This document shows, in pieces, positions 17,656 through 27,467 of a DNA stretch of 64,000 bases. The notes beneath the pieces were generated by a model. It was not told the origin of the DNA, did no database searches, and saw only the letters and a program-made list of their open reading frames with translations. The DNA comes from Longimicrobiales bacterium (lineage in GTDB: Bacteria > Gemmatimonadota > Gemmatimonadetes > Longimicrobiales > Gaopeijiaceae), in contig CAXXKM010000003.1 in the NCBI GenBank assembly GCA_963664435.2, positions 1,414,476-1,478,475 of the forward strand, given 5' to 3'. The stretch's first letter is position 1; every line of letters begins with the position of its first letter. A program made the position numbers and the translations under genes.

Positions 17656-19375
17656 CGGCCTCGCTCCCCGATGCGGGCCGCACCGGCCCCGGTGATGGTT
17701 CCGCCCGGTCCAGCGTGTCCCTGCGAGGGATCGTGTCCCTTCGTGGCAGGGAGTCGCGCGGGAGGATCGAGTCGGTCGGCGGAACGGTGTCGGGGGCAAA
17801 GAACGCGTCGGTCGAGGCCGCGCCCGGGGCGTTGCGGCGGATCGAGTCCGCCCTCAGCGAGTCGAGCCGCAACGAGTCGAGCCGTAGCGAGTCCAGCAGA
17901 AACGAGTCCCCGGCGGCGATTCGCCGCACCAGGTCTTCGGCGGTCCGGATGCTGTCAAGCGTGCGTGCGGCTTCCCGCACCGCGACGTCCCGGTTGACGG
18001 CCTCCGCGGCGATGCGCTGATTCAGGATCGCCAGAGAGGTGCCGAGCCGGCCCTCCAGCACGGCATATTCGGCCGGCCGCGCCTCCGCCCCCTCCGATGC
18101 CTGGACGTAGATGTTGTCGTCCAGCCGACTCAGGCGGGCCGCAAGCGTTTGCCGCTCATCCTCGTCGCCGGTCAGCTCGAGCGCCGCCATCACGGCCTTG
18201 GCTTCCCAGGCGGAGCCGCGATCGCGGTCGGCATACAGGGTGAAGAACTGTCGGGCCAGGTGCGGCGATCCGAGGCTGTCGCGCGCCAGCTCCGCCCCCG
18301 CGAAGAGCGCGAGATGGTCCCCCGTCGTGGCCGCTCGTTCGACGAACAGCCCGACATGCTCCATGTGTTCGATGAGCCGCAGCGCTTCAGAAAGCGCGAT
18401 GGCCGGGAGCAGGATCGCCCGGACCTCCTCGAGCTCCTCGAGACGATCGACGGAGTTCAGCTGCCAGCGGGCGAGGGCGATGCGCGCCTCGCGCGCGATT
18501 CTGTCGTCGCCGCGTGCCACTTCCCCGGCCAATTCCCCGGCTGCCACCGTATCGCCGGCGCGAGCGAGCAGGCGCGCCCGCTCGAGGCGGACCCGGCTGC
18601 GCGCGGCGGGCGTCCACCCGCTGCGTTCGGCCGCGGCGAACATGGCGGCCGCGGGTCCTGCGCCCCAGAGGTTGGAGGCTCGCTCCACGGTGGCGAAAAC
18701 GGTATCGGCCCAGGCCTCCCCGGACGCCTGCTCGAGCACGGTCGCCGCACCCGCGCGCGCGTGGTCGAAGTGGTCGTTGTCGAGCCCGCGCACCAGGCGC
18801 TCCAGGGCAACCGCGACGTTCAGCTCGCGGGAGGCCTCCTCCGACCGGTCCAGGCCCGCCCATCCCTCCTCGGCGCGACCGGCGTCGAACGCGGCCCGGG
18901 CCCGCCAGAGATGCCCCTCCGCGCGAAGCATCGCGTCCGGCACCTCTTCGAGGGCCTCGTCGAGCAGTCGCATGCCGACGTCGCGCCGGCCCGTGGCGAG
19001 CGCCACCCCGCCCAGGTACACGCGGGCCCCCGCGTGCAGGCTGGAGTCGCTCGAAGTCGCCAGCAGGCGCTCCAGCGCCGCCTGCGACCGCGCCCAGTCC
19101 CCGCTGTGGAAGTAGGCGCGTCCCATGATGTAGAGCGCGTCGTCGGCCCAGCGTCCGGTTTGGTCGGACCGATAGCTGCGCGCTGCCTTGTCGACTGCCT
19201 CCCGATACGCGGAAGCAGCCTCGAGCGGCTGATCCTGAAGGCGGGCGGCCTGGGCATCGTCGAAGGCGCGCCGCGCATTGTAGAGCGAGTTGAAGTAGGC
19301 GCAGCCCGCGACCAGACACGCGCACAAGACCGCGGCCGCGGCGGCCGGCCCCGGCAGGCGCCGGCGCTCCCTCAC
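17645..19375 (-). CDS. TPR-like repeat lipoprotein, function unknown
   Basis: 576-aa part of track ORF 17645..19660. GTG at 19375 forms GTGA with the smpB stop. Lipobox LVAGC. Helical-repeat-like body and a repetitive C-terminus (DSLRLDSLRLDSLRADSIRR). Confidence 0.65.
   Translation of the reverse strand: MRERRRLPGPAAAAAVLCACLVAGCAYFNSLYNARRAFDDAQAARLQDQPLEAASAYREAVDKAARSYRSDQTGRWADDALYIMGRAYFHSGDWARSQAALERLLATSSDSSLHAGARVYLGGVALATGRRDVGMRLLDEALEEVPDAMLRAEGHLWRARAAFDAGRAEEGWAGLDRSEEASRELNVAVALERLVRGLDNDHFDHARAGAATVLEQASGEAWADTVFATVERASNLWGAGPAAAMFAAAERSGWTPAARSRVRLERARLLARAGDTVAAGELAGEVARGDDRIAREARIALARWQLNSVDRLEELEEVRAILLPAIALSEALRLIEHMEHVGLFVERAATTGDHLALFAGAELARDSLGSPHLARQFFTLYADRDRGSAWEAKAVMAALELTGDEDERQTLAARLSRLDDNIYVQASEGAEARPAEYAVLEGRLGTSLAILNQRIAAEAVNRDVAVREAARTLDSIRTAEDLVRRIAAGDSFLLDSLRLDSLRLDSLRADSIRRNAPGAASTDAFFAPDTVPPTDSILPRDSLPRRDTIPRRDTLDRAEPSPGPVRPASGSEAGAA
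17841..17915. repeat. Five tandem 15-bp units with core CGAGTC, inside the TPR lipoprotein gene
   Basis: Read directly: atcgagtccgccctc / agcgagtcgagccgc / aacgagtcgagccgt / agcgagtccagcaga / aacgagtccccggcg. Encodes (DSLRL)n on the minus strand. Confidence 0.75.
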
Positions 19376-19851
19376 CGGCCGCGCCTCATCGCCCGCTGCG
19401 CTTCCCGTTCCTGGGTTCGGCGACGCAGCTTCTCCCTCTTGTCGTAGAGCTTGCGGCCGCGCGCGAGGGCCAGCGTCAGCTTCGCGTACCCCCGGCGCAT
19501 GTACAGATCCAGGGGAATCAGCGTCAGCCCTTTCTCCTCGACCCTGCCGATCAGACGCCGGATCTCGGCGCGTCTCAAGAGGAGTTTGCGTGGGCGCTCC
19601 GGGTCCGCGTTCCAGTGTGTCGCCGGCTCGTATGGGCTGATGTACAGGTTGTAGAGCCACACTTCGGTGCCCTCCAGGCGGGCGAAGGCATCCTTGAACC
19701 CCACTTTCCCCGCGCGCACGGACTTCACCTCCGGCCCCTTGAGCACCAGACCCGCTTCGAGCGTCTCGATCACCTCGTATTCGTGCCGGGCCTTTCGGTT
19801 GCGGGAGATGACGAGTGGGCCCGCAGGACCCGCCTTGCCTGGCCGCGCCAT
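19372..19851 (-). CDS. smpB: SsrA-binding protein
   Basis: 159-aa part of track ORF 19372..19944, with ATG at 19851. NRKARHEYEV...LEAGLVLKGPEVKS...LLLRRAEI...GLTLIPL. Confidence 0.93.
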   Translation of the reverse strand: MARPGKAGPAGPLVISRNRKARHEYEVIETLEAGLVLKGPEVKSVRAGKVGFKDAFARLEGTEVWLYNLYISPYEPATHWNADPERPRKLLLRRAEIRRLIGRVEEKGLTLIPLDLYMRRGYAKLTLALARGRKLYDKREKLRRRTQEREAQRAMRRGR

Positions 19852-19865
19852 GGTCTCGCGCCGGG

Positions 19866-20522
19866 CTAATAGATCAGGACCGGCGTGCCCACGTCGATCA
19901 GGTAGTACAGTTCGCGGGCCGCCTCGTTGGTCAGGCGAATGCACCCGTGCGAGATGCGCCGCCGCTCCGGATCGGGATCGAGCACCAGCTCGGGCCGGTA
20001 GGTGCCGTGAATCGCGATGCCGTCACCCAGATAGATCGCCGTGGTGCCGAGGGCGCCCGGGATCGAGCGGGACGGGTGCTGCTGCGGGGGAACCGGAACT
20101 CCTCTTTCGACGAAGTGCCAGTCGGGAGCGATCCAGACCGGGTTCTTTTCCTTGTACCGGACCTTCATGATCCCGCGGGGGGTGGAGAAGTGCCACTTCT
20201 GGCCGGCCCCGTTCAGGTTGAACCCGGTCCCCGTGCCGACGGGCGCCGACCAGATGGCGCGCTCGCCCTCCATGACGAAGAGTCGATTCTCGACCAGGTG
20301 AACGACGACGTAGCGTTCATGGGAGGGAAGAAACGATGTCCCCACGGCCACGTCGCGCGCGAGCATCCGCGAGCGGTCCGTAACCAGCGGGTGGCCGTCG
20401 AGCACCTGCCCCCGCGTCCCGGCGGGCGCGAGAAGACCGATCAGCAGCAGCGCGGCTCGCAGCAATGTTGCCGCGCCGCCCTCAGTCCACCGGTGGCGCC
20501 AGCTCGTGCCCGGCATCGTCAT
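19866..20522 (-). CDS. L,D-transpeptidase (YkuD domain)
   Basis: C-terminal HGT...ISHGCIRL catalytic motif and signal-like LLRAALLLIGLLAPAG. The start is uncertain: ATG at 20522 or 20516 overlaps the upstream gene, and TTG at 20465 would not. Confidence 0.8.
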   Translation of the reverse strand: MTMPGTSWRHRWTEGGAATLLRAALLLIGLLAPAGTRGQVLDGHPLVTDRSRMLARDVAVGTSFLPSHERYVVVHLVENRLFVMEGERAIWSAPVGTGTGFNLNGAGQKWHFSTPRGIMKVRYKEKNPVWIAPDWHFVERGVPVPPQQHPSRSIPGALGTTAIYLGDGIAIHGTYRPELVLDPDPERRRISHGCIRLTNEAARELYYLIDVGTPVLIY

Positions 20523-20943
20523 CGTGTTCCCCGTTGTCCGAGGTTCCGGCGTCGCGGACGACTTGCCGCGCGGCATCACTCGCAGCCCGATAGGCGGCCT
20601 TGGAGGTCTCGATCCTGTCCTGCAGTTCGGTGCGCGCGTCCACCGCCGCGCGGCGACCCGCGTCCACCGCTCCTTTCACCGATTCGATCTGTTCCCGGAC
20701 CTGTTCGCCGGCGCGCCCCAGCCTCTCATCGAGGCCTTCCTGGGCCACGCGCACTCGTTCCTGGGCGACGTCCCGGAACTCACGCGCCCGGGCCTTCAGC
20801 TGCTCCTGGGTCTCCTTGCCGGACCGTGGAGCGAAAAGCAGCGCGAGTCCGGCACCGACCACGGCGCCGAGCAGAAAGGCCCCCGTGTTCGAACCGCCGT
20901 CGCGCTCGATTACGACCAGCGGTCCGTCTTCTCCCTGAACCAT
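20482..20943 (-). CDS. YtxH-domain protein
   Basis: ATG at 20943, preceded by GGGAGAGG. TM segment GAFLLGAVVGAGLALLFAPRSGKETQEQLK followed by a coiled-coil-like region, as is typical of YtxH. Confidence 0.7.
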   Translation of the reverse strand: MVQGEDGPLVVIERDGGSNTGAFLLGAVVGAGLALLFAPRSGKETQEQLKARAREFRDVAQERVRVAQEGLDERLGRAGEQVREQIESVKGAVDAGRRAAVDARTELQDRIETSKAAYRAASDAARQVVRDAGTSDNGEHDDDAGHELAPPVD

Positions 20944-21075
20944 CCCGCCTCTCCCATGCATTAGCCGGCAGCCGCCGCGGGCGGCCGCAGCTGCTCCATC
21001 CTGATACAAACTAGGGTTTCCAGAGGGGGATGCCTACCCTGCGAGCCGGCGCCCCTCCGCGGTCTCCTGATCCTC

Positions 21076-22467
21076 CTACACCTGCCAGGGGTGATTGGCT
21101 TCCTCCATGCGGGGAGGGTCGTAGCCCGACCGCCCCAGCAGGCCGTGCACATACCGTTTGCCCAGCTCCACGCCCGGCTGGGTGAGGGGATCCACGCCGT
21201 AGAGGAATCCGGCGTACACCGTCGCCGCCTGGAAGAGCAGGATGAGTTCGCCCAGCGCCCCGGCGTCGAGCTTCGCCAGCCGGATCGTCAGGTTGGGCCT
21301 CTTGCGCGTTCGAAGCGCGGCCGCGGTCGCGGCGTGCTCGATGGCGATCAGTTGGTGGAGCGTGTGACCCTCGGGGAACTCGAAGGCGGGCAACGGAGCG
21401 GGCGCGTCGTCGATCGGGATCGGATCGTCGGCCGCGTCCACGGTGAGAAAGCACACCACCTTGTCCGCGGGCCCTTCCATGAAGAGCTGCAGCAGCGAGT
21501 GCTGATCGGTTGCCCCCGCTGCCGGTAGTGGGGTGGGACCGGTGGCCGCGGGCCGGCCGTCGAGCCCCGTGGCCTTGCCGAGCGACTCGCCCCACAGTTG
21601 CTGCACCCAGAGGGCGAAGGAGCGGAGACGGTCGCAGTAGGGCATGAAGACGTGCACCCGCTGCCCGCGCTCGACATCGGCGCGGTGCAGCAGGGTCGCG
21701 ACCACGCCCGCGGGATTCCGGGTCAGCTCGCCCGTGCGGCAACGCTCTTCCATGCGGGCCGCGCCCTGAAGCACAGCCGTCACGTCCAGCCCGGCCGCCG
21801 CCGCGGGGAACAGACCCACGGCCGACAGGACCGAGAAGCGGCCGCCCACGTTGGGCGGGACCGGGAGGGTGGGAATGCCGACCTCCCCGGCCAGTCCGCG
21901 GAGCGGCCCTCGCCGCGGATCCGTGGTGAAGAGGAGGTGCTCCCGCGCCTGGTCCGGGCCCACATCACGGGCAAGGCGCTCCGCAACCACACGATACAGC
22001 GCCAGCGTCTCGGTGGTCGAGCCCGATTTGCTGACCACGTTGAAGAACGTCCTGCGCATGTCGAGGCGGTTCAGCAGTGCGCAGATCGAGTGCGGATCCA
22101 CGTTGTCCGCCACGTGAAGTCTCGGGTGAGGGACGGCGGCGGCGCTGGTCCCACGGGCCCGGTCTCCGGCACCGAGCGCGTCCCGCAGGGCGCGGGTCCC
22201 GAGCGCCGACCCGCCGATGCCGAGCACCACGACGTCGTCGAAGCGTCCACGCAGCCCGGCGGCGGCGCGACGGATTCGGGCCGCGGCGTCCAGCGCGCGC
22301 GGCAGGTCGAAGAAGCCCATGCTCCCGCCCCGGCGCGCCCGTTGGACATCCTCGTGCGCTTCGCGGAAACGCGAGCCCAGGTCGCCGGCGAGTCGCGCCG
22401 GATCGACACCGGCCTCGCCTTCGTCGATGGCGAGGAGATTCCGGTAGTCGACGGTGACCGCGCTCAT
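21076..22467 (-). CDS. pgi: Glucose-6-phosphate isomerase
   Basis: 463-aa part of track ORF 21076..23238. ATG at 22467 forms ATGA with the upstream stop. VVVLGIGGSALG, FNVVSKSGSTTET, GGRFSVLSAVGL. Confidence 0.9.
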   Translation of the reverse strand: MSAVTVDYRNLLAIDEGEAGVDPARLAGDLGSRFREAHEDVQRARRGGSMGFFDLPRALDAAARIRRAAAGLRGRFDDVVVLGIGGSALGTRALRDALGAGDRARGTSAAAVPHPRLHVADNVDPHSICALLNRLDMRRTFFNVVSKSGSTTETLALYRVVAERLARDVGPDQAREHLLFTTDPRRGPLRGLAGEVGIPTLPVPPNVGGRFSVLSAVGLFPAAAAGLDVTAVLQGAARMEERCRTGELTRNPAGVVATLLHRADVERGQRVHVFMPYCDRLRSFALWVQQLWGESLGKATGLDGRPAATGPTPLPAAGATDQHSLLQLFMEGPADKVVCFLTVDAADDPIPIDDAPAPLPAFEFPEGHTLHQLIAIEHAATAAALRTRKRPNLTIRLAKLDAGALGELILLFQAATVYAGFLYGVDPLTQPGVELGKRYVHGLLGRSGYDPPRMEEANHPWQV

Positions 22468-23297
22468 GCCCCGGTCGGCGACGACGGAGGCCGCCCAGGT
22501 CCCGTGCAGGTGTCTTCCACCTTCAGGGTGAGGCCGTCGAAGGCGGGGCGGATGTCGTCCGGGAGGCGCCGGCACAGATCGTCGTGCCGCACCCGGTGGG
22601 TGAGGTGCGTGAGGTAGGTCCTGCGGGCCCCGACCGCCCGCGCCGCGGCGACGGCTTCCTCGACGTTGAAATGGGTCGGATGGGGATCGCCGTACCACAG
22701 CGCGTTGAGCACCAGCACATCTGCTCCCCTGAGCCCTTCCAGCGCCGCCCGCGGAAGCCGCTTGGCATCGGTTACATACCCGAGTCCCCCGACGCGGAAA
22801 CCGTAGGAGCGGATCCCGCCGTGGGGCACTCCCAGCGGCAGAAAGACATGGTCGAGGATATCCACCGGCCTTCCCTCCCGGAACGTGCAGACGTCCAGTT
22901 CCGGGACGTAGACGCCGTCCGAGGGTCGGGGCCGGGGGTCGAAGATGTACGGAAAACGGCGGCGCAGCTGGCGGGCGACCGAAGGGTGCATCCAGGCGCT
23001 GATCCTTCCCCCGTAGAGCGCCGTGAACACCCGAAGGTCGTCGATGCCATGGATGTGGTCGGCGTGCGCGTGCGTGAACCACACCGCATCCAGGGCGGAG
23101 ACGCCCTCGCCGAGAAGCTGGAGCCTGAGTTCCGGGGGCGTGTCGACCAGGAGCCGGCGGTCCCCGAAGCGAAGCAGGGCGCCGTGCCGCGTGCGCTTGT
23201 CGCGCGGGTCGCTCGAGGTACAGGTGTCGCACCGACATCCGATGACCGGCACGCCGTAGGAGGTGCCGGTGCCCAGAAAGGTCAGCGAGAGCGACAT
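22464..23297 (-). CDS. MBL-fold metallo-hydrolase (PhnP-like)
   Basis: 277-aa part of track ORF 22464..24296, with ATG at 23297 (MSLSLTFLGTGTS). HAHADH metal-binding motif. Confidence 0.8.
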   Translation of the reverse strand: MSLSLTFLGTGTSYGVPVIGCRCDTCTSSDPRDKRTRHGALLRFGDRRLLVDTPPELRLQLLGEGVSALDAVWFTHAHADHIHGIDDLRVFTALYGGRISAWMHPSVARQLRRRFPYIFDPRPRPSDGVYVPELDVCTFREGRPVDILDHVFLPLGVPHGGIRSYGFRVGGLGYVTDAKRLPRAALEGLRGADVLVLNALWYGDPHPTHFNVEEAVAAARAVGARRTYLTHLTHRVRHDDLCRRLPDDIRPAFDGLTLKVEDTCTGPGRPPSSPTGA

Positions 23298-23305
23298 CGA
23301 GCCAG

Positions 23306-24724
23306 CTAGAGTTGTTCCACGCGCATGGTGTTGGTCGACCCCCTCTCGTGGAAGGGAAATCCGGCGGTCACCACGACCGAGTCGCCAGGCTTTCCGACCC
23401 CCGCACGCACGACCGCCTCCTTTCCGTAGGCGGACAGGGCCGAGTAGTTCACCGGCATGTCGGCCGCCAGTGTCGGCCACACGCCCCAGACGGGCGCGAG
23501 CTGGCGGAAGGTCCGCGGCTCGGTGCACACCGCGAAGATCGGGACGGGCGGACGGTACGACGAAACCAGGCGCGCGGAGAAGCCGCTGCTGGTGATCACC
23601 AGCACCGCGGGCGAACCCAGCTGGCGGACGGCGTCCACGGTGCACGAGGCCACCGCGTGTTCGCGCCGGCTCGCGCCCCCGCGCCGCCATTCGTCGGGAC
23701 GGGCCAGGTAGCGGGGACCTCGAGCCAGCACGCCGGAGCCTTCGATCTCGCGGATGATGCGCACCATCGCCTGCGCGGCGTGCAGCGGGTACTCCCCGAC
23801 GGCGGTTTCCCCGGAGAGCATCACGGCATCGGTGCCGTCGAGGACCGCGTTGGCGACATCGGAGGCTTCGGCTCGCGTCGGGCGAGGGCTCTGGATCATC
23901 GAATCGAGCATCTGGGTCGCGATGATGACCGGGCGGCCCGAGTAATTCGCCAGCTGGACGATGCGCTTCTGCGCCAGCGGCACCTGCTCGAAGGGAACCT
24001 CCACGCCGAGGTCGCCCCGAGCGACCATGACCGCGTCGGTCGCATTCACGATCTCCTCGATCGACGCCAGGGCGCGCACCAGTTCGATCTTCGCCACCAC
24101 GAGAGCGCGGCCCGCGACCCGCTCCTTCAATTCCTCGATGTCCGCGCTTCGTCGGACGAACGAAAGGCCCACGTATTCGACGCCGACCTCCAGGGCGAAG
24201 TCGAGGTCTTCCAGATCCCGCTCGGTGAGCGAGGGAGTGCTGAGGTTGGCGCCGGGCACGTTCATGCCCTTGAAGCTCTTCAGCTGACCGCCGCACTCCA
24301 CGACGAAGCGCGCCTTGCCCCCGCCCTTGCCCACGCAGCGCAACTCGATCAGGCCATCGTCGAGGAGGACGCGGTCGCCGATCACAACGTCGTCCGCAAG
24401 GTGCCCGTAGGTCGTCGGGATTTCCCCGGCGAGAACCGCCTCCTCCGGGGCGATCACCACCTCCTGGTCCTCTGCCAGAAAGAGGGGCGAGTCCAGTTTG
24501 CCCACGCGTATCTTGGGGCCGCCCAGGTCCGCGAGAATCGCAACCGGCGTGCCCGCTTCCCTGGCCGCGCGTCGAATCAGGGCTACGGTCTCCAGATGAT
24601 CCTCACGGAGGCCGTGGGACATGTTCAGGCGCGCCATCGTCATTCCTGAATCGACCAGATGGCGAACCATCTCGGGCGAGAACGTGGCCGGGCCCATCGT
24701 ACACACCAACTTGGTTCTCAGCAT
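23306..24724 (-). CDS. pyk: Pyruvate kinase
   Basis: MLRTKLVCTMGPAT, NMSHG, MVARGDLGVE. ATG at 24724 is preceded by GAAAGG. The track ORF extends 5 codons further to a GTG at 24739. Confidence 0.93.
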   Translation of the reverse strand: MLRTKLVCTMGPATFSPEMVRHLVDSGMTMARLNMSHGLREDHLETVALIRRAAREAGTPVAILADLGGPKIRVGKLDSPLFLAEDQEVVIAPEEAVLAGEIPTTYGHLADDVVIGDRVLLDDGLIELRCVGKGGGKARFVVECGGQLKSFKGMNVPGANLSTPSLTERDLEDLDFALEVGVEYVGLSFVRRSADIEELKERVAGRALVVAKIELVRALASIEEIVNATDAVMVARGDLGVEVPFEQVPLAQKRIVQLANYSGRPVIIATQMLDSMIQSPRPTRAEASDVANAVLDGTDAVMLSGETAVGEYPLHAAQAMVRIIREIEGSGVLARGPRYLARPDEWRRGGASRREHAVASCTVDAVRQLGSPAVLVITSSGFSARLVSSYRPPVPIFAVCTEPRTFRQLAPVWGVWPTLAADMPVNYSALSAYGKEAVVRAGVGKPGDSVVVTAGFPFHERGSTNTMRVEQL

Positions 24725-24923
24725 CGCCTTTCTTCCCACTCCCCCGTTGAAGCGCCGGTGTCCCGGCCCCCGCGGTCCGTGTTCGATGTACGGAGCGCCG
24801 TTATTCTAGTCTGGTTTGGCCGAAATCACAGCGACCTGCCGTTCCGCGCGCGCCGCGGAACGCCCGAGGCCTCAGGGGCGGCACTCTCGCGCGGGACGGC
24901 GAGATGGCCCACCTTTCGCGCCC

Positions 24924-26060
24924 ATGAACGTACACCTCATCGCCGACGAACACGCAGCGCGCCCGGTGGCGCAGCGGCTGGCTTCCCCTGCGCGGCTTGC
25001 CCTCGACTGCGAGGCGGCCGGCTATCACCGCTATTCCGACCGGCTCTGCCTGGTGCAGCTCTCCGGGCCGCGGGATACGTGGCTCGTCGATGCCCTCGCC
25101 TTCGACGCCAGCGATCTGCTGCGGTCACCGCTGGAGGATCCCGGACGCGAGATCATCATGCACGGAGCCAGCTACGATCTTCGCCTTCTGTCGCGGGACC
25201 TGGGGATCCGGGTGCGAGGCCTCTTCGACACGCAGGTAGCGGCCGCGCTGCTGGGGGAATCCGCGCTGGGACTGTCCGCGCTGCTCGAACGGTTCCTGGG
25301 CGTGCATCTGCCCAAGAAGTACCAGCGGGCCGACTGGGCGATGCGGCCGCTCCCGGCGGATATGCTCGAGTACGCCGCGGCCGACACGCGCCACCTGTCG
25401 GCGCTGGCGGACATCCTGCGAGCCCGGTTGGAGAAAATGGGGCGCTTCGCGTGGGCGAGCGAGGAGTTCCGCTGGCTCGAGCGGACCGCCTCCAGGCGCG
25501 AAGACCCCGATCCCGATCCGGCGACGAACATGAAGAACGCGCGCCATCTGGCTCCGCGTGCGCTCCAGCGGCTGCGTGCGCTCTGGACCTGGAGGGACGA
25601 GGTCGCCCGGCGCAGGGACAGGGCGCCCTTCCGGGTGGCCGGCGACAATGTCCTGCTGCAGCTGGCCGAGTCTCCACCGCGCTCGATCGGGGACCTGGGG
25701 CGCCGGCGCGGTCTGTCGCCTGTCCTGGCGCGCACCGACGGCGGGAGACTCTTCGAACACCTGGATCACGCGGAGTCCATCCCGGAATCGCGCATCGCTG
25801 CCGGCAGGAGACGCCGCGAGGGGTCGTTCCCGAGGCTCTTGCCGGAGGCCGAGGAGCGCGCCGGAAGGCTACGCGCCGCGCGCGTCCGCAGGGCACGCGA
25901 ACTCGGACTGGACCCGGGTCTCCTGCTTCCCAACAAGACCATCCTGCAGATCGTCCGCGCCGATCCGAGCTCGCCCGAGGAACTCGCGCGAGTCCCCCAG
26001 GTGCGTGCCTGGCAGGTCGAGGTGCTCGGCCACCTGGCCCTCGATATTCTGCGCGCCTGA
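24924..26060 (+). CDS. rnd: RNase D-like 3'-5' exonuclease with HRDC domain
   Basis: 378-aa part of track ORF 24816..26060, with ATG at 24924. DEDDy motifs (LALDCEAAG, HGASYDLRLL, YAAADTRHL) and a C-terminal HRDC-like region. Confidence 0.85.
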   Translation: MNVHLIADEHAARPVAQRLASPARLALDCEAAGYHRYSDRLCLVQLSGPRDTWLVDALAFDASDLLRSPLEDPGREIIMHGASYDLRLLSRDLGIRVRGLFDTQVAAALLGESALGLSALLERFLGVHLPKKYQRADWAMRPLPADMLEYAAADTRHLSALADILRARLEKMGRFAWASEEFRWLERTASRREDPDPDPATNMKNARHLAPRALQRLRALWTWRDEVARRRDRAPFRVAGDNVLLQLAESPPRSIGDLGRRRGLSPVLARTDGGRLFEHLDHAESIPESRIAAGRRRREGSFPRLLPEAEERAGRLRAARVRRARELGLDPGLLLPNKTILQIVRADPSSPEELARVPQVRAWQVEVLGHLALDILRA

Positions 26061-26191
26061 CTGCACGGTTCCCCGCGCCGGGACTGGCGAAAGCCTCCTG
26101 ATTCGGGCTATGATACACGGCCAATACGGCAAACCGGGGGAACCTGGGCGGCAGGTGCTTACCCCTCGTTTGCTTCGTTCCATCCGGGGAT

Positions 26192-26566
26192 GTGATGACG
26201 TCGGAACTACTCGAACGAGACGACCTTTCGGTCTATGTGGTTGCGGGCGTACCGAAGAGCTTCAAGAAGAAACTCGCCAAGTACCTGAGCGAGGAATCGT
26301 CCGGCGAGGGCAACCTGATGCTCCTCGACGAGAACATGACGGAATGGCTTCTGGCCCGCCTCAAGGGGAAGAGGCGTCGAAGTCACGAGCAGACTCCGGC
26401 ATCGTCGGCCCTGTGGCGCTGCTATCGGTCTCTCAGCGCAGCCAGGTACCACCTGAGCGACCAGCCCCTGGAGGGGCGCATCCGGGAGATCAGGAGCGAG
26501 ATCGAACGGCTCTGGCGAATCACAAGCCCGATTCACGACACGGACGAGGAAGAGGGCTCCTCCTGA
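26192..26566 (+). CDS. Hypothetical protein
   Basis: 124-aa ORF with GTG at 26192 or ATG at 26195, after GGGGA. Charged, helical-looking, with no motif I recognise. Local G+C is visibly lower than in neighbours. Confidence 0.45.
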   Translation: MMTSELLERDDLSVYVVAGVPKSFKKKLAKYLSEESSGEGNLMLLDENMTEWLLARLKGKRRRSHEQTPASSALWRCYRSLSAARYHLSDQPLEGRIREIRSEIERLWRITSPIHDTDEEEGSS

Positions 26567-26594
26567 GACCGGCCCGGCCGGGACCCGGCGTTCG

Positions 26595-26984
26595 CTATTC
26601 GCCCCGCGCTTCCAGCTCGCGCTTGTATTCGATGCAGTACCTGGCGTGCGGCAGCGCGTCCAGCCGCCGGAAGTTTATCGGCTTCCCGGTTGCCTGACAG
26701 CGGCCGAAATTCTCCGGATCCGAGTAGAGTCGGCGGAGCGCGTCTTCGATCCGGTAGAGATACCGGCCTTCCTTGGTTGCGAAGAGCGCGGCCTTCTCGC
26801 GTTCCATCGCCTCGGTGCCCTGGTCCGCCATGTGGTCGGTGTAGGCGGCGAGATTCGAGTCGCCCGACGCCCTGTTCTCCTTCGCCATACGGTCGAAGAG
26901 GCCCAGGGACCTCAGCGAGCGAGACCGCTCCTCGAGGAGCCGATTCTCGATGTGCGCAAGTTGCTCCTTGGTGAGAATCGCCAC
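26595..26984 (-). CDS. DksA/TraR-family protein (2-Cys variant)
   Basis: 129-aa part of track ORF 26595..27341, with GTG at 26984 inferred. Coiled-coil region followed by ...FGRCQATGKPINFRRLDALPHARYCIEYK, which is DksA C-terminal-like. Confidence 0.65.
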   Translation of the reverse strand: MAILTKEQLAHIENRLLEERSRSLRSLGLFDRMAKENRASGDSNLAAYTDHMADQGTEAMEREKAALFATKEGRYLYRIEDALRRLYSDPENFGRCQATGKPINFRRLDALPHARYCIEYKRELEARGE

Positions 26985-27188
26985 GTTCTGTACCTTGGTA
27001 GTCGGTTGTGCGGCTGTCGCTGGCGGGCTGCAGACACCGGGACGCCTTTCGTCCGATCGCCAGCAAATTACAATAATCCGACGGGGTTTCCAACGTGCCG
27101 GGCGTTCATGATCCCGGACCCCGCATTCCGGTGGGGCGCCTCCCCACACCCGATCCCAAAGGGCTCCGGCCTGTAAACGACGAGTTCC

Positions 27189-27467
27189 GTGGACACGATC
27201 GCCTGTAAACGTTGCGGCAAGGAGTCGGCCGCGCTGGAGAAGGCCCCGTTCCGCACGGAACTGGGCGAACGGCTGCTGCGCCGCATCTGCCGCCTGTGCT
27301 GGGCCGAGTGGCTCCAGCACCAGACCCTGCTGATCAATCACTACGGGCTGGATCCACGCGAAGCCAGCTCGAGGAAGTTCCTCTACGAGCAGATCGAGCA
27401 GGTCCTGCTCGGCGACGGGGAGGCCGAGCAGGTGGACATTTCCCGGAAGGGCGAAATCGAGTGGTGA
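27189..27467 (+). CDS. yggX: Fe(2+)-trafficking / oxidative-damage protection protein YggX
   Basis: 92-aa ORF with a GTG start. CWAEWLQHQTLLINHYGLDP...RKFLYEQIEQVLLG aligns by eye with E. coli YggX (AWAQWQHKQTMLINEKKLN...RKLLEQEMVNFLF). Confidence 0.8.
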   Translation: MDTIACKRCGKESAALEKAPFRTELGERLLRRICRLCWAEWLQHQTLLINHYGLDPREASSRKFLYEQIEQVLLGDGEAEQVDISRKGEIEW

